Assembly (NCBI GenBank): GCA_963717525.1
Contig: OY970343.1
Span: 2,016,001 to 2,080,000, forward strand
Direction of reading: 5' to 3'
DNA: 64,000 bases
From: an uncultured Methanoregulaceae archaeon
GTDB taxonomy: Archaea; Halobacteriota; Methanomicrobia; Methanomicrobiales; Methanospirillaceae
The notes beneath the pieces were generated by a model that was given only the letters and a program-made list of their open reading frames with translations, made no database searches and was not told where the DNA came from. How positions within the stretch are numbered: the first letter of the stretch is position 1; every line of letters starts with the position of its first letter. The position numbers were made by a program, and so were the translations under genes. This document shows, one piece after another, positions 21,577-32,140 of the stretch.

Positions 21577-23400
21577 TTACGATACCGGGGCATCGATAAA
21601 TTTTCGCAGCCAGAGCTCGGCGCAGGCAATTCGCCAGAGCTCGGGCGAATAGGCGGATGTACCATTAAGGAATGCCTGGTAATCCCGTGCAACTGCACCC
21701 GCATCCCAGTAAGGCCGGGATCTGGAAACTGCCGGATGAGAAGATCTCGAGCATAAATGGCCGGAGCTCGTCTTTCATCCAGCATTCTTCCGGGGTGACA
21801 AATCCCATCTTGTCCCCCCGGCACCGTACGGACTCGGGAATCCGACCCCGGATGGCCGAGCGCAAGGCGATCTTGGTCACGCCTCCGCGGATCTTCTGCG
21901 AGAGCGGGAGCGATGCGATGTACTCCACCAGCCGCACGTCAAGGTACGGCACCCGGGATTCCAGGGAAAACGCCATCGAGTTCCGGTCCTCGTAATGGAG
22001 GAGCGCCGGGAGGTTGGTAGAGAGGAGCTCGCGGTGCAGGACGGAATCGAGCGTGCCGTTGTACCGGTCGATCCTTTCAAAATTGCATTTCAACAGGTTT
22101 CGCCTCGCCTTACGGATCCGCAATTGCTGCCGGGCGGTAAAGAAGAAGTCCCGGTGTCTCCGGATGCTGCCGGCGATCTCACCAAGCGCCGTCCACCAGT
22201 GAAACGTCCGGATAAGCCCCCGGATGTAACTCCCTTGGTAGCCCAGGTACCCGGCAAGGAGCTCGTCTGCCCCCTGCCCGTCCAGCACCACCTTGGCCTT
22301 TTTCTGTGCAAGCCTCATCACGCAGGTACTGGGCATAGATGGAGAGCGAACCGAACGGCTCGTCCTGCATGTATACTAACCGGTCGATATCCTCACGGAG
22401 CTGGCCCGGTACCGGCTCTGTCCGGTCCGCATCGACGCCGGTTGCGGCAACGACATCGTCGATGTACCGGCTCTCATCGAAATTTCTGTCCGAGAAGACC
22501 ACCGAGAACGTTTTCTGCCGCGCACCCACACTTTCCGGGGCCTCGCTCCTGATGAGGCTGTTTATCATGGCAGTCAGCGCAGAGGAGTCGATCCCCCCCG
22601 AGAGGCAGGTGCCGACGGCCACATCGCTCCTCAGGTGGATCCTGGTCGCCTCAAGGAGCTGTGCCCCAAGGCGTTCTGCGACTGCCTTGTCATTATCGTC
22701 TCCCCGTATCCCCGGGTTCACCTTTACGTCCCAGGTACCGGAACGGGGCCTGTATTTTGCCTTGGGAAACCACAAGGGCATGAGCCGGTTCGATCTGGTA
22801 AATACCCTTAAACATGGTCCGGCTGCAATGGTCCTGCACGCCCCACGCAAGATAGGTACAGAGCATCTTCTCATCCGGGGTGTTCCCGGCATCCGGGTGG
22901 GTGAGCAGGGCCTTGATCTCGGACGCGAACAGGAACGATCCGCCGGCGTCGGTGTAATAGAACGGCTTGATGCCGAACCGATCCCGGGCGCAGAAGAGTT
23001 CCTGTTTTTTCTCGTCCCAGAGTGCGAATGCCCACATGCCGTTGAACCGGGCGAGGCAGTCGTGCCCCCATTCTTCGTAAGCGTGGAGGATCACTTCCGT
23101 GTCGGATTTCGAGTAGAATATATGCCCTTTGTGCACCAGTTCCTCGCGGAGCTCGACGAAATTGTAGATCTCGCCGTTGAAAACCAGCCAGAGGGAGCGG
23201 TCCTCGTTTGTCATCGGCTGGAGGCCGTCGGGGGAGAGATCAATGATGGCGAGCCGCCGGTGGACGAGGCCGGTGCTGCCGCTGACATGCGTGCCCTCGC
23301 CGTCAGGACCGCGATGGACCAGCCTCTCTGACATGGCAGAAAGGAGCCCGCGATCCGGCCTTCCTCCGGCATAGCAATACTGCCCTGCGATCCCGCACAT
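21577..23400 (-). CDS. asnB: Asparagine synthase (glutamine-hydrolysing) family amidotransferase, three frameshifts (~22734, ~22325, ~21722)
   Basis: MCGIAG Ntn start, HRGPD, FNGEIYN, RDRFGIKP, LSGGIDSS, GQGADEL, SLESRVPYLD, KMGF distributed over consecutive frames. Confidence 0.88.
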
Positions 23401-23477
23401 TCGTTTGATCTATAGTCTCTGGGAGGATTAAAAATATGATAGGAGGTCGCGTGCTGTGATTTCATGCGTGTGTGCCG

Positions 23478-23733
23478 GGGTATGGAGGGTGTCGGACGGT
23501 GTACTTCTGCAAAGCATTAAACGGCGCTCCTCAGAAATGTCCATCATAAATTCTCATTACACCTCCATTTTCATAACCCGCACACTCAGGAAAAAAGTGA
23601 CCCGACCCCCTCCGGCCCCTTAGGGATCCGGCCTAGTTCCGGGTTCAGGATTGTACTTTTTTCAGACGATACCAGACCTCCAGGAACAGGAATAGTTCTT
23701 ATCAGGGTATGGAGGGGGTCGGACGGTGTACTT
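23478..23733. repeat. 29-bp direct repeat (23478-23506, 23705-23733) with a partial inverted copy at 23602-23613
   Basis: GGGTATGGAGGG(T/G)GTCGGACGGTGTACTT twice with one mismatch; CCGACCCCCTCC is the reverse complement of its core. Confidence 0.85.
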
Positions 23734-23871
23734 ATGTGATACCCTGCCGGCCCGGCCCTTCTCACGCGGAAAAAACAGTCTGAACAACAATGAGCGATTT
23801 CGGAAAAATTTCCTGGAAGAAAGAGAGAAAGCCCCCTCTCGTTCAGATGTCTCTTAAAAGAAAAGACGGAT

Positions 23872-24363
23872 TTACTTCTTCTTCCGGACTGCCCCGGCCC
23901 GCTTCTTTGTGCCAGGCTTTTCCTGCACCGATTTTACATCGCAGGGAAAACACTTCTCCAACCGTTCATCGATGACCCGGTAGGCATTGGCGAGCACTGA
24001 GGAGTTTGCGATCATCCCCGAGAGCAGGATCACTTCAAGGATCTCCTCGCGGCTCGCGCCCATCTTGATCGCTGCCTGCATGTGATAGCTCGTGCAGTAC
24101 TGGCATTTCAGGGCCGCACCGACCGCCATGCTGATCAGTTCCACGTACTTGGGGTCGAGCCGGCTGGTCTCGGCCACGGTACCCTTATAGAGGAGGTGGG
24201 AGATGAGAACCTCGGGCCTCTCCCCCATACGTTTGAAGATAAGCGGTACCTTCCCGTACTCCTGTTCGATTACCTTAAGCCATTCCTCGGCCGTAGCATC
24301 GGCACCCTGTTCGACAATCTTCTTGAGCCGGTCTTCAAAATCGTCTTCCTGCCTGCGTCCCAT
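23872..24363 (-). CDS. Carboxymuconolactone decarboxylase/AhpD family protein
   Basis: LDPKYVELISMAVGAALKCQYCTSYH...GASREEI. Confidence 0.88.
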   Translation of the reverse strand: MGRRQEDDFEDRLKKIVEQGADATAEEWLKVIEQEYGKVPLIFKRMGERPEVLISHLLYKGTVAETSRLDPKYVELISMAVGAALKCQYCTSYHMQAAIKMGASREEILEVILLSGMIANSSVLANAYRVIDERLEKCFPCDVKSVQEKPGTKKRAGAVRKKK

Positions 24364-24372
24364 GGTATCCTC

Positions 24373-25311
24373 CTATATCACCGTGTTTGTCTCCGAGAAC
24401 GGCCTGACTTTCAGGATGATGTAATCCCGCATGCGCGAAGGTTCGATGTCCGCGATGTCGCCAATCGTAATCCCATCCTCGATCTCGGTCTTCCGGAGCA
24501 CCTCTGCGAAGGGATCGTACGGCAGTTTCACCCGGAGCCCCGACATCTGCACCGTGAGCGGGGTCGGCGAGGTTACGTCAAGAATGGCCGGCACCCGCTC
24601 CCGGATCACGTCCATGAGCCGGGCCGGTGAAACGGAGAGGGGATCTTTTGCGAGTTCCTCCCGCCGCTTTTCGAGGACGTGGGTGATCTCCGTGACGATC
24701 TCGTCAAGCTTGGTGAGTTCCTCGGACTCCTTGGTGCGGTGCATGAACCGGCCGACGTTTCCCACGTACCCGTCCACCTTCGGTTCCACGATACGCTGGA
24801 GCACCTCCTTGTCCGGGCCGCCGCAGAGCACGACCGGGACTTCGATCCCCCGGAGGAGCACCGGCATCTTGTGCTCAATGCAGTGCTCAAAGTTCCCGAG
24901 CAGGTACACGGCAATATCATGCTCATTGATGACGTCGCGTTCCTCATCGTTGATCCCGGCGATCCGTTTTCCCACGCCCCGGGCCATCCCGACCATGTTG
25001 CTCTTGGCACCCAGCCGGCGCACGTACTCCGCGATATCGCAGGAGGGATGCGGCAGGTGGTGGATCTCAAGGCTCATGCTCACAACGGCTATCTCGGTCC
25101 CGACCAGGGGCGAATCGATCACTTCCCCGGCAAGCGGTTTCCCGATCGCCCGGATCAGATCCACGTCGTCCTTTGGCACGAAGCACTGGAGCACGACTTC
25201 CTGCGCGATCATATGCTTCTGGACGATGTACCCCCCCAGATCCTCGATAAGATCGATGATCTCGTTGTGCCGGTACACCCCCCCCCTGTACGTGATCGGG
25301 ACAAGGATCAT
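24373..25311 (-). CDS. Methanogenesis marker protein 7
   Basis: YRGGVY, HHLPHPSCDIAEY, GLARG-like motif, GNFEHCI; position in atwA cluster. Confidence 0.88.
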   Translation of the reverse strand: MILVPITYRGGVYRHNEIIDLIEDLGGYIVQKHMIAQEVVLQCFVPKDDVDLIRAIGKPLAGEVIDSPLVGTEIAVVSMSLEIHHLPHPSCDIAEYVRRLGAKSNMVGMARGVGKRIAGINDEERDVINEHDIAVYLLGNFEHCIEHKMPVLLRGIEVPVVLCGGPDKEVLQRIVEPKVDGYVGNVGRFMHRTKESEELTKLDEIVTEITHVLEKRREELAKDPLSVSPARLMDVIRERVPAILDVTSPTPLTVQMSGLRVKLPYDPFAEVLRKTEIEDGITIGDIADIEPSRMRDYIILKVRPFSETNTVI

Positions 25312-25889
25312 GGCGTCTCTCCCATGAGCGCAAACTTCTCTTTCACAAGTGCAAGGCGGTCCTCGGTCAGCATATCCTCGCTTGCCACAAACGAGAACTT
25401 CTCAGCCCCGTAGTTCTCGCTCCTGACCCGGAACCCCTCGGGACAGATGCACCGGAGGGCGTAGACAAGGTCTTTATACAGTGCCTGGCTGGGGTCAGCG
25501 ACAGCCATCTCCTCGATCTCTTTTGCTCCGGTCGCCACGCCGGTCAGGATGACCGTGAACCGGTCCGGCTGGTCGACATGGTCTTTGCCGAACCGGTCCC
25601 AGAACAGCTTGAGCATCGGCGCGAGGTAGGTCTCGTCCGAGATCGCAAGCGTCATCTTCCCTTCCTGTGGGTTGACGTTTGCGATGTCACCCACCCGTAC
25701 CAGGGTGGTGACTTTTTTGAGGACACCCACAGCGACAAAGATGGGGATTTTCGGGTCGATGTAGATATGGATCTTGTGGATCACCCGCAGGAGGTTATGA
25801 TCGAGGAGCACGTCGTTTGCGATCTGCCGGTAGTACTCACCGCCCAGTTTCTCCGTGCACTCCACTTCAAAGTACTCAATGGCCTGCAT
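25308..25889 (-). CDS. Methanogenesis marker protein 17
   Basis: [22 protein letters not shown] motifs; overlaps neighbours in the operon. Confidence 0.82.
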   Translation of the reverse strand: MQAIEYFEVECTEKLGGEYYRQIANDVLLDHNLLRVIHKIHIYIDPKIPIFVAVGVLKKVTTLVRVGDIANVNPQEGKMTLAISDETYLAPMLKLFWDRFGKDHVDQPDRFTVILTGVATGAKEIEEMAVADPSQALYKDLVYALRCICPEGFRVRSENYGAEKFSFVASEDMLTEDRLALVKEKFALMGETP

Positions 25890-27129
25890 CTGTCCCGTCC
25901 CTGATAAACCCTGATGCCAGCAAAGCCGAACCGACCGCACCGATGTACTGTGAATGCGGCGGGACGACAATTTTGATCTTGAGGAGTTCTCCCATCGCGT
26001 GCACCAGCCCCTCGATGAGGGAGGTGCCGCCGACCATGATCACGGGCTCCTTGATATCCACTTCCTGGAGCTGCTGCTCGAAGACCTGCTCGGCAACGCT
26101 GTGGCAGGCCGCTGCCGCCACATCCTCCCGGGTGCTGCCGGCAGCGAGGGCGTTCACGAGGCTCTGGGTACCGAACACGATACAGTAACTGTTCATGGGC
26201 ACCCGGCCACCCATGCCTTTCATCGCAAGCGGCCCGAGTTCCGTGATATCGACACCGAGACGCTTTGCGGTCATCTCCAGGAACCGGCCGCTCGCACCGG
26301 CGCAGATACCGCCCATCGTGAAGGTGCCCGGGATACCGTCCATGACCGTGATCGCCTTGTTGTCCATCCCGCCGATATCGATCACGGTGGCCGGCCCGTG
26401 CTGCTTGCCGGCAAGGTACACCGCCCCTTTGGAGTTCACGGTCAGCTCCTCCTGGATCAGATCGGCGTTGAAATCTTTTCCGACCAGAAAACGCCCGTAG
26501 CCGGTGGTGCCGATCGCCTGGACATCTTCAAGTTTCATTCCCGCCTCGGCAAGAGCGTGGTCGACTACCTCCCGTGCGCACTTAAGCACCTCGGTCGTCG
26601 GCTGCCATCCGGTGCCGATGATCTTGTTGTCCTTCATCAGGATGGCCTTGGTGGTCGAAGAGCCGGAGTCGATTCCGAGCGTGATCCCTTCCTGAACCTC
26701 CCGGGCCAGAAGCGCCCTTCTCCGGGCAATGGTCGTGAGCGCTTCCATGCGGGTGAGGAGCGTACCTGCGGTTGTGCGCTCGGTAAACGAGTAACTGACG
26801 ACCGGGAGTTTCGAATGTTCGAGGATATAGCGCCTGAGTTCGTTCCGTACGATCGCGGCCTCGGCACATCGGAAACAGGTCGCAATAAAAACTGCGTCAG
26901 CCTCCACCCTGCCGTCGACCAGCGCCATCGCTCGCGATATGGCGAGTTTCAGGTCGGGACTCCTGACCTCAAGGCCGAACCCGTTAAAATCCCGCATGAT
27001 ATCCTTGAGCGCGACATCAGGGTAGAAGATCTCGCCGTTCACGGATTTTGCGGCTGCGTTAATTTCCTCCTGAACGCCCGAGTAGTCCGGGCCGCAGGAG
27101 AGTTGGGCGATGCGTACCGGAGCGGTCAT
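25876..27129 (-). CDS. Methanogenesis marker protein 15 (BadF/BadG/BcrA-type activase ATPase)
   Basis: [41 protein letters not shown]. Confidence 0.9.
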   Translation of the reverse strand: MTAPVRIAQLSCGPDYSGVQEEINAAAKSVNGEIFYPDVALKDIMRDFNGFGLEVRSPDLKLAISRAMALVDGRVEADAVFIATCFRCAEAAIVRNELRRYILEHSKLPVVSYSFTERTTAGTLLTRMEALTTIARRRALLAREVQEGITLGIDSGSSTTKAILMKDNKIIGTGWQPTTEVLKCAREVVDHALAEAGMKLEDVQAIGTTGYGRFLVGKDFNADLIQEELTVNSKGAVYLAGKQHGPATVIDIGGMDNKAITVMDGIPGTFTMGGICAGASGRFLEMTAKRLGVDITELGPLAMKGMGGRVPMNSYCIVFGTQSLVNALAAGSTREDVAAAACHSVAEQVFEQQLQEVDIKEPVIMVGGTSLIEGLVHAMGELLKIKIVVPPHSQYIGAVGSALLASGFIRDGTDAGH

Positions 27130-27572
27130 GGTTTTCCTCCAAGATCGGTCAGGAACCGTTTGATCGCGGCGACAAACTGCGTCCCCTCTTCTTCGTTTTT
27201 CGGGTACTCCAGCTCAAGTTTCGGCATGTCCTTTTGCCGGATCAAAAACTTCAGGAGCTCGTTTGTCCGTGCGCAGCCCATGCAGCCGAACGCGAGGTCG
27301 GCATTGTTGATGATGATCGCAGCGTCGCACTTCTCCACCATCGGGCCGTACAGGGACATGCGCCCCCGGACGCCGCTCGGGACTTCGACCGCCGCCCAGC
27401 GGAGCCCCTTCTTGGGTTCTTCCGGGGTTATCTGGAGCGGTATGGATTCAAGCCCGGCAGTCTGGACGCGTTCCCGGATGGCGATTGCCGCACCAAGAGG
27501 GGTGTGCCCGAACCGGGTCACCATATCGGAAAGGATCAGGCTCGTTGCAGGGTAGATGAATATTTTTGCCAT
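27126..27572 (-). CDS. Methanogenesis marker protein 5
   Basis: [22 protein letters not shown]. Confidence 0.9.
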   Translation of the reverse strand: MAKIFIYPATSLILSDMVTRFGHTPLGAAIAIRERVQTAGLESIPLQITPEEPKKGLRWAAVEVPSGVRGRMSLYGPMVEKCDAAIIINNADLAFGCMGCARTNELLKFLIRQKDMPKLELEYPKNEEEGTQFVAAIKRFLTDLGGKP

Positions 27573-27574
27573 GG

Positions 27575-28033
27575 TCAGGGCTCCTGTGCATCGATCATTT
27601 TCTTTAAGCGGTAGACGTCAAGCCGGGGCAGTGCCAGATCGGACTGCGGCACCGGCACGGTCGCGGCATCCCGGGAATCAAGTTCTTCGAGGGCATGGGA
27701 GATATACGGGAGGATGGTCATCTCGAACTCGATCCCGTGGAACCCGGGCCGTGCTCCCCCGAGCGTTGCCCGGCACCTCCGGGCATCGCCGGGCGGAAAG
27801 CCGCGGTCTTTTACAAAGATATGGGCCGGGTCCATCTTCCTGACCTCGGCAATCACACGGTTGACATCTTCTTCCTTTCCCATGATGACCAGGCCGAAAC
27901 AGTTCTCCTTGATCATAACGCCTTTTGCCACTTCGTACGCCCGGATCGCAACATCCGCCGGGGTCACCGTATACGATTCTACCACCACGTACCGGGTCAC
28001 GGTCCCGACGTTTGCCGGGGTGTAGTCAGTCAT
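27575..28033 (-). CDS. Methanogenesis marker protein 6
   Basis: KENCFG, RGFPPGDARRCRA, RPGFH. Confidence 0.88.
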   Translation of the reverse strand: MTDYTPANVGTVTRYVVVESYTVTPADVAIRAYEVAKGVMIKENCFGLVIMGKEEDVNRVIAEVRKMDPAHIFVKDRGFPPGDARRCRATLGGARPGFHGIEFEMTILPYISHALEELDSRDAATVPVPQSDLALPRLDVYRLKKMIDAQEP

Positions 28034-29556
28034 TGTTTCACCTCGCGGATATACACCGTCTGCCGCTCCTTCACTTTTTTGAGTTTGTCCGTTTCGATCA
28101 CCCGCCCGATGATATTGGTGCCTTCAAACGGTTCCGAGGTTGGGCCGAACTCCCGGTTTGCTGATAACCGTACCCCCACAAGGCCCGCCCCCTTGCGCGC
28201 ATCGTTCGTGATCGCAAGGGCTGCGGCCGGGACCTCCCCGACCGGACAGTTCTCGGGATAGATCTTGACGGTCGTCGGGATTTTGGGCTTGAAGAGATAC
28301 ACATCGTCGAAGATAAAGAATGCCGGCATCATGCCGGCATCGTGCTCGGCAAGCCCGGTGATATGGCGGAACACCTCGCAGCTCAGGGGCGCCCGTGCAT
28401 CATCGAGCACGATATCGATTACCTGTTCGAAGGGTGCCGTCGTTACCTTTGCCGACTTTTCGGCGAGCACATCCAGCGTCGTCCCCGGTTCCTGCGATAC
28501 GACGATCCGGTCTTTTTTGTCGGTGTCGATCGCAAGGGAAATCCCCCGGTCTGCCGCCACCTTCTTTGCCTCTTCGAGAGGCAGGCCAAGGAGATCGATA
28601 CGCGAGGGGACGACCCGGAGGGAGAGAACGTCGCCTTCTTTTGCAAGTTTTACGAGTTCGATCCCGTGCACGACCTGCCCGACCACACTGTGGGCCGGGC
28701 TGCTGGGAACATCCGCCCGGTAGATATACACGCCGCCGACTGAAGGTCCGCCAGTACGAACGGTGACCGTTCCCTCGCGCCGGGGGCGCTTAAACTGCGC
28801 CGGCACATCGGTGCCGACAAGTTTCCGGTCAAGGATATGGGTGCTCGTGGCCCGCCCTACGGTAAATGTTCCGGACTCGAGGGCAATAAGCAGGTGCTCG
28901 ACGCTGCCGGCCGCCTCGGTCGTGATCTTGTTCGGACTGTACCCCTGCGCTGTCACCTCAACGCGAGTCACGATAAGCATCCCGTCTTCCACGACAAGGC
29001 CGGGGTCGGTAGTGGTAAATGACCGGCTGGTATCGGCCCAGCTGATCACCGGTTCAACTTTTGTTACCCGGTCACCGCCCTCCCATCGGTCGAGAACGGC
29101 TTTCCCGCTCACGACACGGCCGACAACGCCGCCGGTCTCATCAGCACCATGGTCCGCAACATGCCGGCTTTTGGAAAAGATGAGGTACGAGATCTTGGGG
29201 TCGTACCCGCCGCACCCGAGAATGACGTCCCCCCTCTCGTAAAGCCGGGGTTTGCGCAACGGGCGGATGCCGGAAGGAAACGGCCCGAACGCAGCCGCGT
29301 ACCGGTCCGTCCAGTGCAGGGTGAGACTGATTGCCGCATCCGGGTGGTCGAGCACATCCACTGCAATACCGGCGAGCTCGATAGTGATCTCACCGGAGGT
29401 CGTAGTGACCGTGATGCTCTCGGTCTTCTCCTGTTCCTTCGTTGCAGGCCGGATAATGGCGACGGCGCATCCTTTGGGGTGTTCCGGGATGAGGGAGAGA
29501 AGCGTGCTCCCCTCGCTTACTGTGCGGAGTTCCCCGTCAAGGTGGATAGGGATCAT
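28030..29556 (-). CDS. Methanogenesis marker protein 3 (cyclophilin-like)
   Basis: AFGPF, GVRLS..EFGPTSEPFEGTNIIG C-terminal signature; directly downstream of atwA. Confidence 0.88.
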   Translation of the reverse strand: MIPIHLDGELRTVSEGSTLLSLIPEHPKGCAVAIIRPATKEQEKTESITVTTTSGEITIELAGIAVDVLDHPDAAISLTLHWTDRYAAAFGPFPSGIRPLRKPRLYERGDVILGCGGYDPKISYLIFSKSRHVADHGADETGGVVGRVVSGKAVLDRWEGGDRVTKVEPVISWADTSRSFTTTDPGLVVEDGMLIVTRVEVTAQGYSPNKITTEAAGSVEHLLIALESGTFTVGRATSTHILDRKLVGTDVPAQFKRPRREGTVTVRTGGPSVGGVYIYRADVPSSPAHSVVGQVVHGIELVKLAKEGDVLSLRVVPSRIDLLGLPLEEAKKVAADRGISLAIDTDKKDRIVVSQEPGTTLDVLAEKSAKVTTAPFEQVIDIVLDDARAPLSCEVFRHITGLAEHDAGMMPAFFIFDDVYLFKPKIPTTVKIYPENCPVGEVPAAALAITNDARKGAGLVGVRLSANREFGPTSEPFEGTNIIGRVIETDKLKKVKERQTVYIREVKQ

Positions 29557-29566
29557 GGGCGCCTCT

Positions 29567-31186
29567 TCAGGCGGGAGGCTGGCTCTGGCTCATGATCTTG
29601 CGTTCATCCTCGGTCAGGTGCGCGAGTACGTCTGCGGTCTTTCCTGTCTCGACAATCTTGCCTCCCCGCATCAGGGCAAGCCGGTCGCAGATGTCCCGTA
29701 CGAACTCCATATCGTGAGAGACCACGATGAAGGTCTCGTCAATATCGTCCCGGGAATGCATGATGGAATGCTTGACGTCGATTTTGGTAATCGGATCCAT
29801 GGTGCCCGTGGGCTCGTCAAGGATCACGATCTTGGGCTCCCGGATCAGCACCTGCGCGAGAGCGACCCGGTGGCGCTCGCCCTCAGAGAGCTGGCTTGGC
29901 ATCCGGTCGAGGATCTCCTTGCTCTTCTCCTCGGAAAACCCGGCCATCTTCAAGGTGACAATGGCCTTTCGCATGGCGAGCTCCTTGGGGAACTCGAGGC
30001 CTATCGCATCGGTCAGGTTATCGAGCACCGTGCGGTGCGGGTAGAGGTCGTACTCCTGGTGCAGCAGGCCGATATATTCCTTGGCCCGGCCCCGCTCCTC
30101 GACGCCGGGTTTGGTCATGTCTACCCATTCCTCGCCGATCTTAATGTTGATCTCCCCGCTCGTGGGTTCGATGAGGCCGGCGATGATCCTCGACAGTGTG
30201 GTTTTCCCTGCCCCGCTCTTTCCGATGATGCCGAAGATCTCCTTTGTGTACACATCGAAAGTGACGCCGTTGACGGCCTTGACCACGCCCCGGTCGACCG
30301 AGATATAGCGCTTGACCAGATCCCGCGCCCCGACAATCTTCTCGCCCGCCTCCGCGTGTTCGAAGGTTTCGGTGTCGTCGCAGCCTTTCATGAACTCACC
30401 TATCACGTCCCTGGGCGCTCCGATCTTTGCGATTACGCCATCGGCCAGAAGGATGGCACGGCTTGCCACATCTTCGATCACCTGCGAGAAGTGGGACGTC
30501 ACCACCATGCCCATGTTATTGGTCTTTGCCGCTTCGGTAAGCATTGAGTGGACGATCTTTGCGGTCCCGGGATCCAGCGTGCCGGTCGGTTCATCGGCAA
30601 AAAGCAGGAACGGCTCTTTTGCCAGCTGCCGGGCAAGCACCACGCGCTGTTTCTCGCCTCCCGAGAGGTCGCGGGCGATATGCATCATACGGTGGGAGAG
30701 CCGGACCTGGTCGATAAGATCGGCAGCACGGTTGATGGCCTTCTCCGGCGGATAATCGATGTCATCGAGTGCATGAAGGACATTCTCGATCACGCGGTCG
30801 TCTCCGTAGAGGGCAAAGGTCCGCTGGAACATAATCGCGGTCCTCCGCATTACCCGCCGCTTCAACATCTCGTTTGTCTCGTTCCAGAGATCCACATCGA
30901 GTGCCGCAAGTATGGCGCCGCAATGAGGGCAGGGCTTCCCGGCCGAGCTTGCAACGTCCATGTAGTCGCAGGAGGGACAGGCTGAAACGTGGTAGATGAT
31001 CCTGCCACTCGTGGGCGGCTGTTCCACCCCACGCATAAGGTGCATCAGGACGGTCTTGCCGGCGCCGCTCCTTCCTATGATCCCCAGGATCTCCCCTTCG
31101 GCAATCTCAAAAGAAATATTTCTGAGCGTATGCGTGCCGTCAAAATCCATGCAGATGTTGTCGACCGTGATCAATGGAGCCTTCAT
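29567..31186 (-). CDS. atwA: Methyl-coenzyme M reductase system component A2 (dual ABC ATPase)
   Basis: Two Walker A (GRSGAGKT, GKSGAGKT), LSGGE/LSEGE, DEPTG, Zn insert CPSC...CPHC. Confidence 0.95.
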   Translation of the reverse strand: MKAPLITVDNICMDFDGTHTLRNISFEIAEGEILGIIGRSGAGKTVLMHLMRGVEQPPTSGRIIYHVSACPSCDYMDVASSAGKPCPHCGAILAALDVDLWNETNEMLKRRVMRRTAIMFQRTFALYGDDRVIENVLHALDDIDYPPEKAINRAADLIDQVRLSHRMMHIARDLSGGEKQRVVLARQLAKEPFLLFADEPTGTLDPGTAKIVHSMLTEAAKTNNMGMVVTSHFSQVIEDVASRAILLADGVIAKIGAPRDVIGEFMKGCDDTETFEHAEAGEKIVGARDLVKRYISVDRGVVKAVNGVTFDVYTKEIFGIIGKSGAGKTTLSRIIAGLIEPTSGEINIKIGEEWVDMTKPGVEERGRAKEYIGLLHQEYDLYPHRTVLDNLTDAIGLEFPKELAMRKAIVTLKMAGFSEEKSKEILDRMPSQLSEGERHRVALAQVLIREPKIVILDEPTGTMDPITKIDVKHSIMHSRDDIDETFIVVSHDMEFVRDICDRLALMRGGKIVETGKTADVLAHLTEDERKIMSQSQPPA

Positions 31187-31248
31187 AATTCCCTTGTAAC
31201 TAATGTGGTACTGGGGTTTTATTACCTTTTATATCATGCACGCTGCCG

Positions 31249-32079
31249 TCACGATCGGGAAGTGGCGGGGTGCTCAAGGAGGGATCCTACGATAGGCAGC
31301 ACGTCACGAACGTGGCTGATCACGTAGTCGGCAGCGCTGAAGAGCTCCTCAGGGCGGCTGCCTGCCTGCTGCACGGTGAGAATGGCGGTGTCGGCTTTCC
31401 TGAACGCACCCCGGTCGTTGATGCCGTCTCCGACCATAACCACATGGTCGTACTCGTTTTTGAGGTCCGAGACGATCTGCGCCTTGACCGACGGGGTCGC
31501 CACCCCGAAGACCCGGTCGCGGGGAATGCCGAGGTGATCGGCCATGATCTCCAGTTTTGTCGAACGGTCGCCGGACGCGATAAACGTGGGTACGCCCATC
31601 CGGTGCAGGGCGGTTATCGTCTCCTTTGCCCCCTCAAACGGCCAGCCTCCCGCCGTGATGGTGAACTCGATGGATTTCTGTGCCATGTTGAGGATGGCCC
31701 CGCTGTTGAGCGTGAGCATGTTCTCCTCCCTGCAGATGCCCCAGACGTTGCGGATGCATTCCTGGAGATCGCCAACCCGCGCCCGGGTGTCGGCGTACAG
31801 CATATCCCCGATATCCTCGGCAGTAATGATCTTCCGGGTACAGCTGATCCCAAAGCCGACCTGGTTTTCGGTAAGGTAGGCGGAGAGCAGCATCTCCGGG
31901 GGAGCGTTGATGATATGCTTGGAATGGACCGGAATGACGATCAGGACACGTTCCATCGACGCGAAGGTGAGGGTCGTCGTCTCGATTGCGGGCATCAGGA
32001 CCTGGTGTGTGATATCTTTTGCCACGCGGTAGGTGTTCAGGAGCGTCCCGGCACTGTCAAAAACCACGGCCACTTTCAT
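31249..32079 (-). CDS. HAD family hydrolase (soluble P-type ATPase-like)
   Basis: VFDSAGTL, IASGD, K, MVGDGIND motifs I-IV. Confidence 0.85.
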   Translation of the reverse strand: MKVAVVFDSAGTLLNTYRVAKDITHQVLMPAIETTTLTFASMERVLIVIPVHSKHIINAPPEMLLSAYLTENQVGFGISCTRKIITAEDIGDMLYADTRARVGDLQECIRNVWGICREENMLTLNSGAILNMAQKSIEFTITAGGWPFEGAKETITALHRMGVPTFIASGDRSTKLEIMADHLGIPRDRVFGVATPSVKAQIVSDLKNEYDHVVMVGDGINDRGAFRKADTAILTVQQAGSRPEELFSAADYVISHVRDVLPIVGSLLEHPATSRS

Positions 32080-32140
32080 CGTCTCACCCGTGTAAGTAAA
32101 CTCTATGTAGGTTCCCCTCTCCATTGAAACAGTGATACTG

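Noticed and set aside
20121..21824. ManC with a 118-aa N-terminal extension
   Set aside because: The extension overlaps the 3' end of asnB in another frame; the ManC start MKTIILAGG is at 21470.
17185..23400. Cluster of pseudogenes or programmed frameshifts (ygiQ, lipoprotein, asnB)
   Set aside because: Only single-base indels with otherwise intact motifs and no slippery heptamers; this fits local low-quality consensus better. True decay cannot be excluded without reads.
23478..23733. CRISPR array
   Set aside because: Only two full repeats separated by about 200 bp, with no cas genes.
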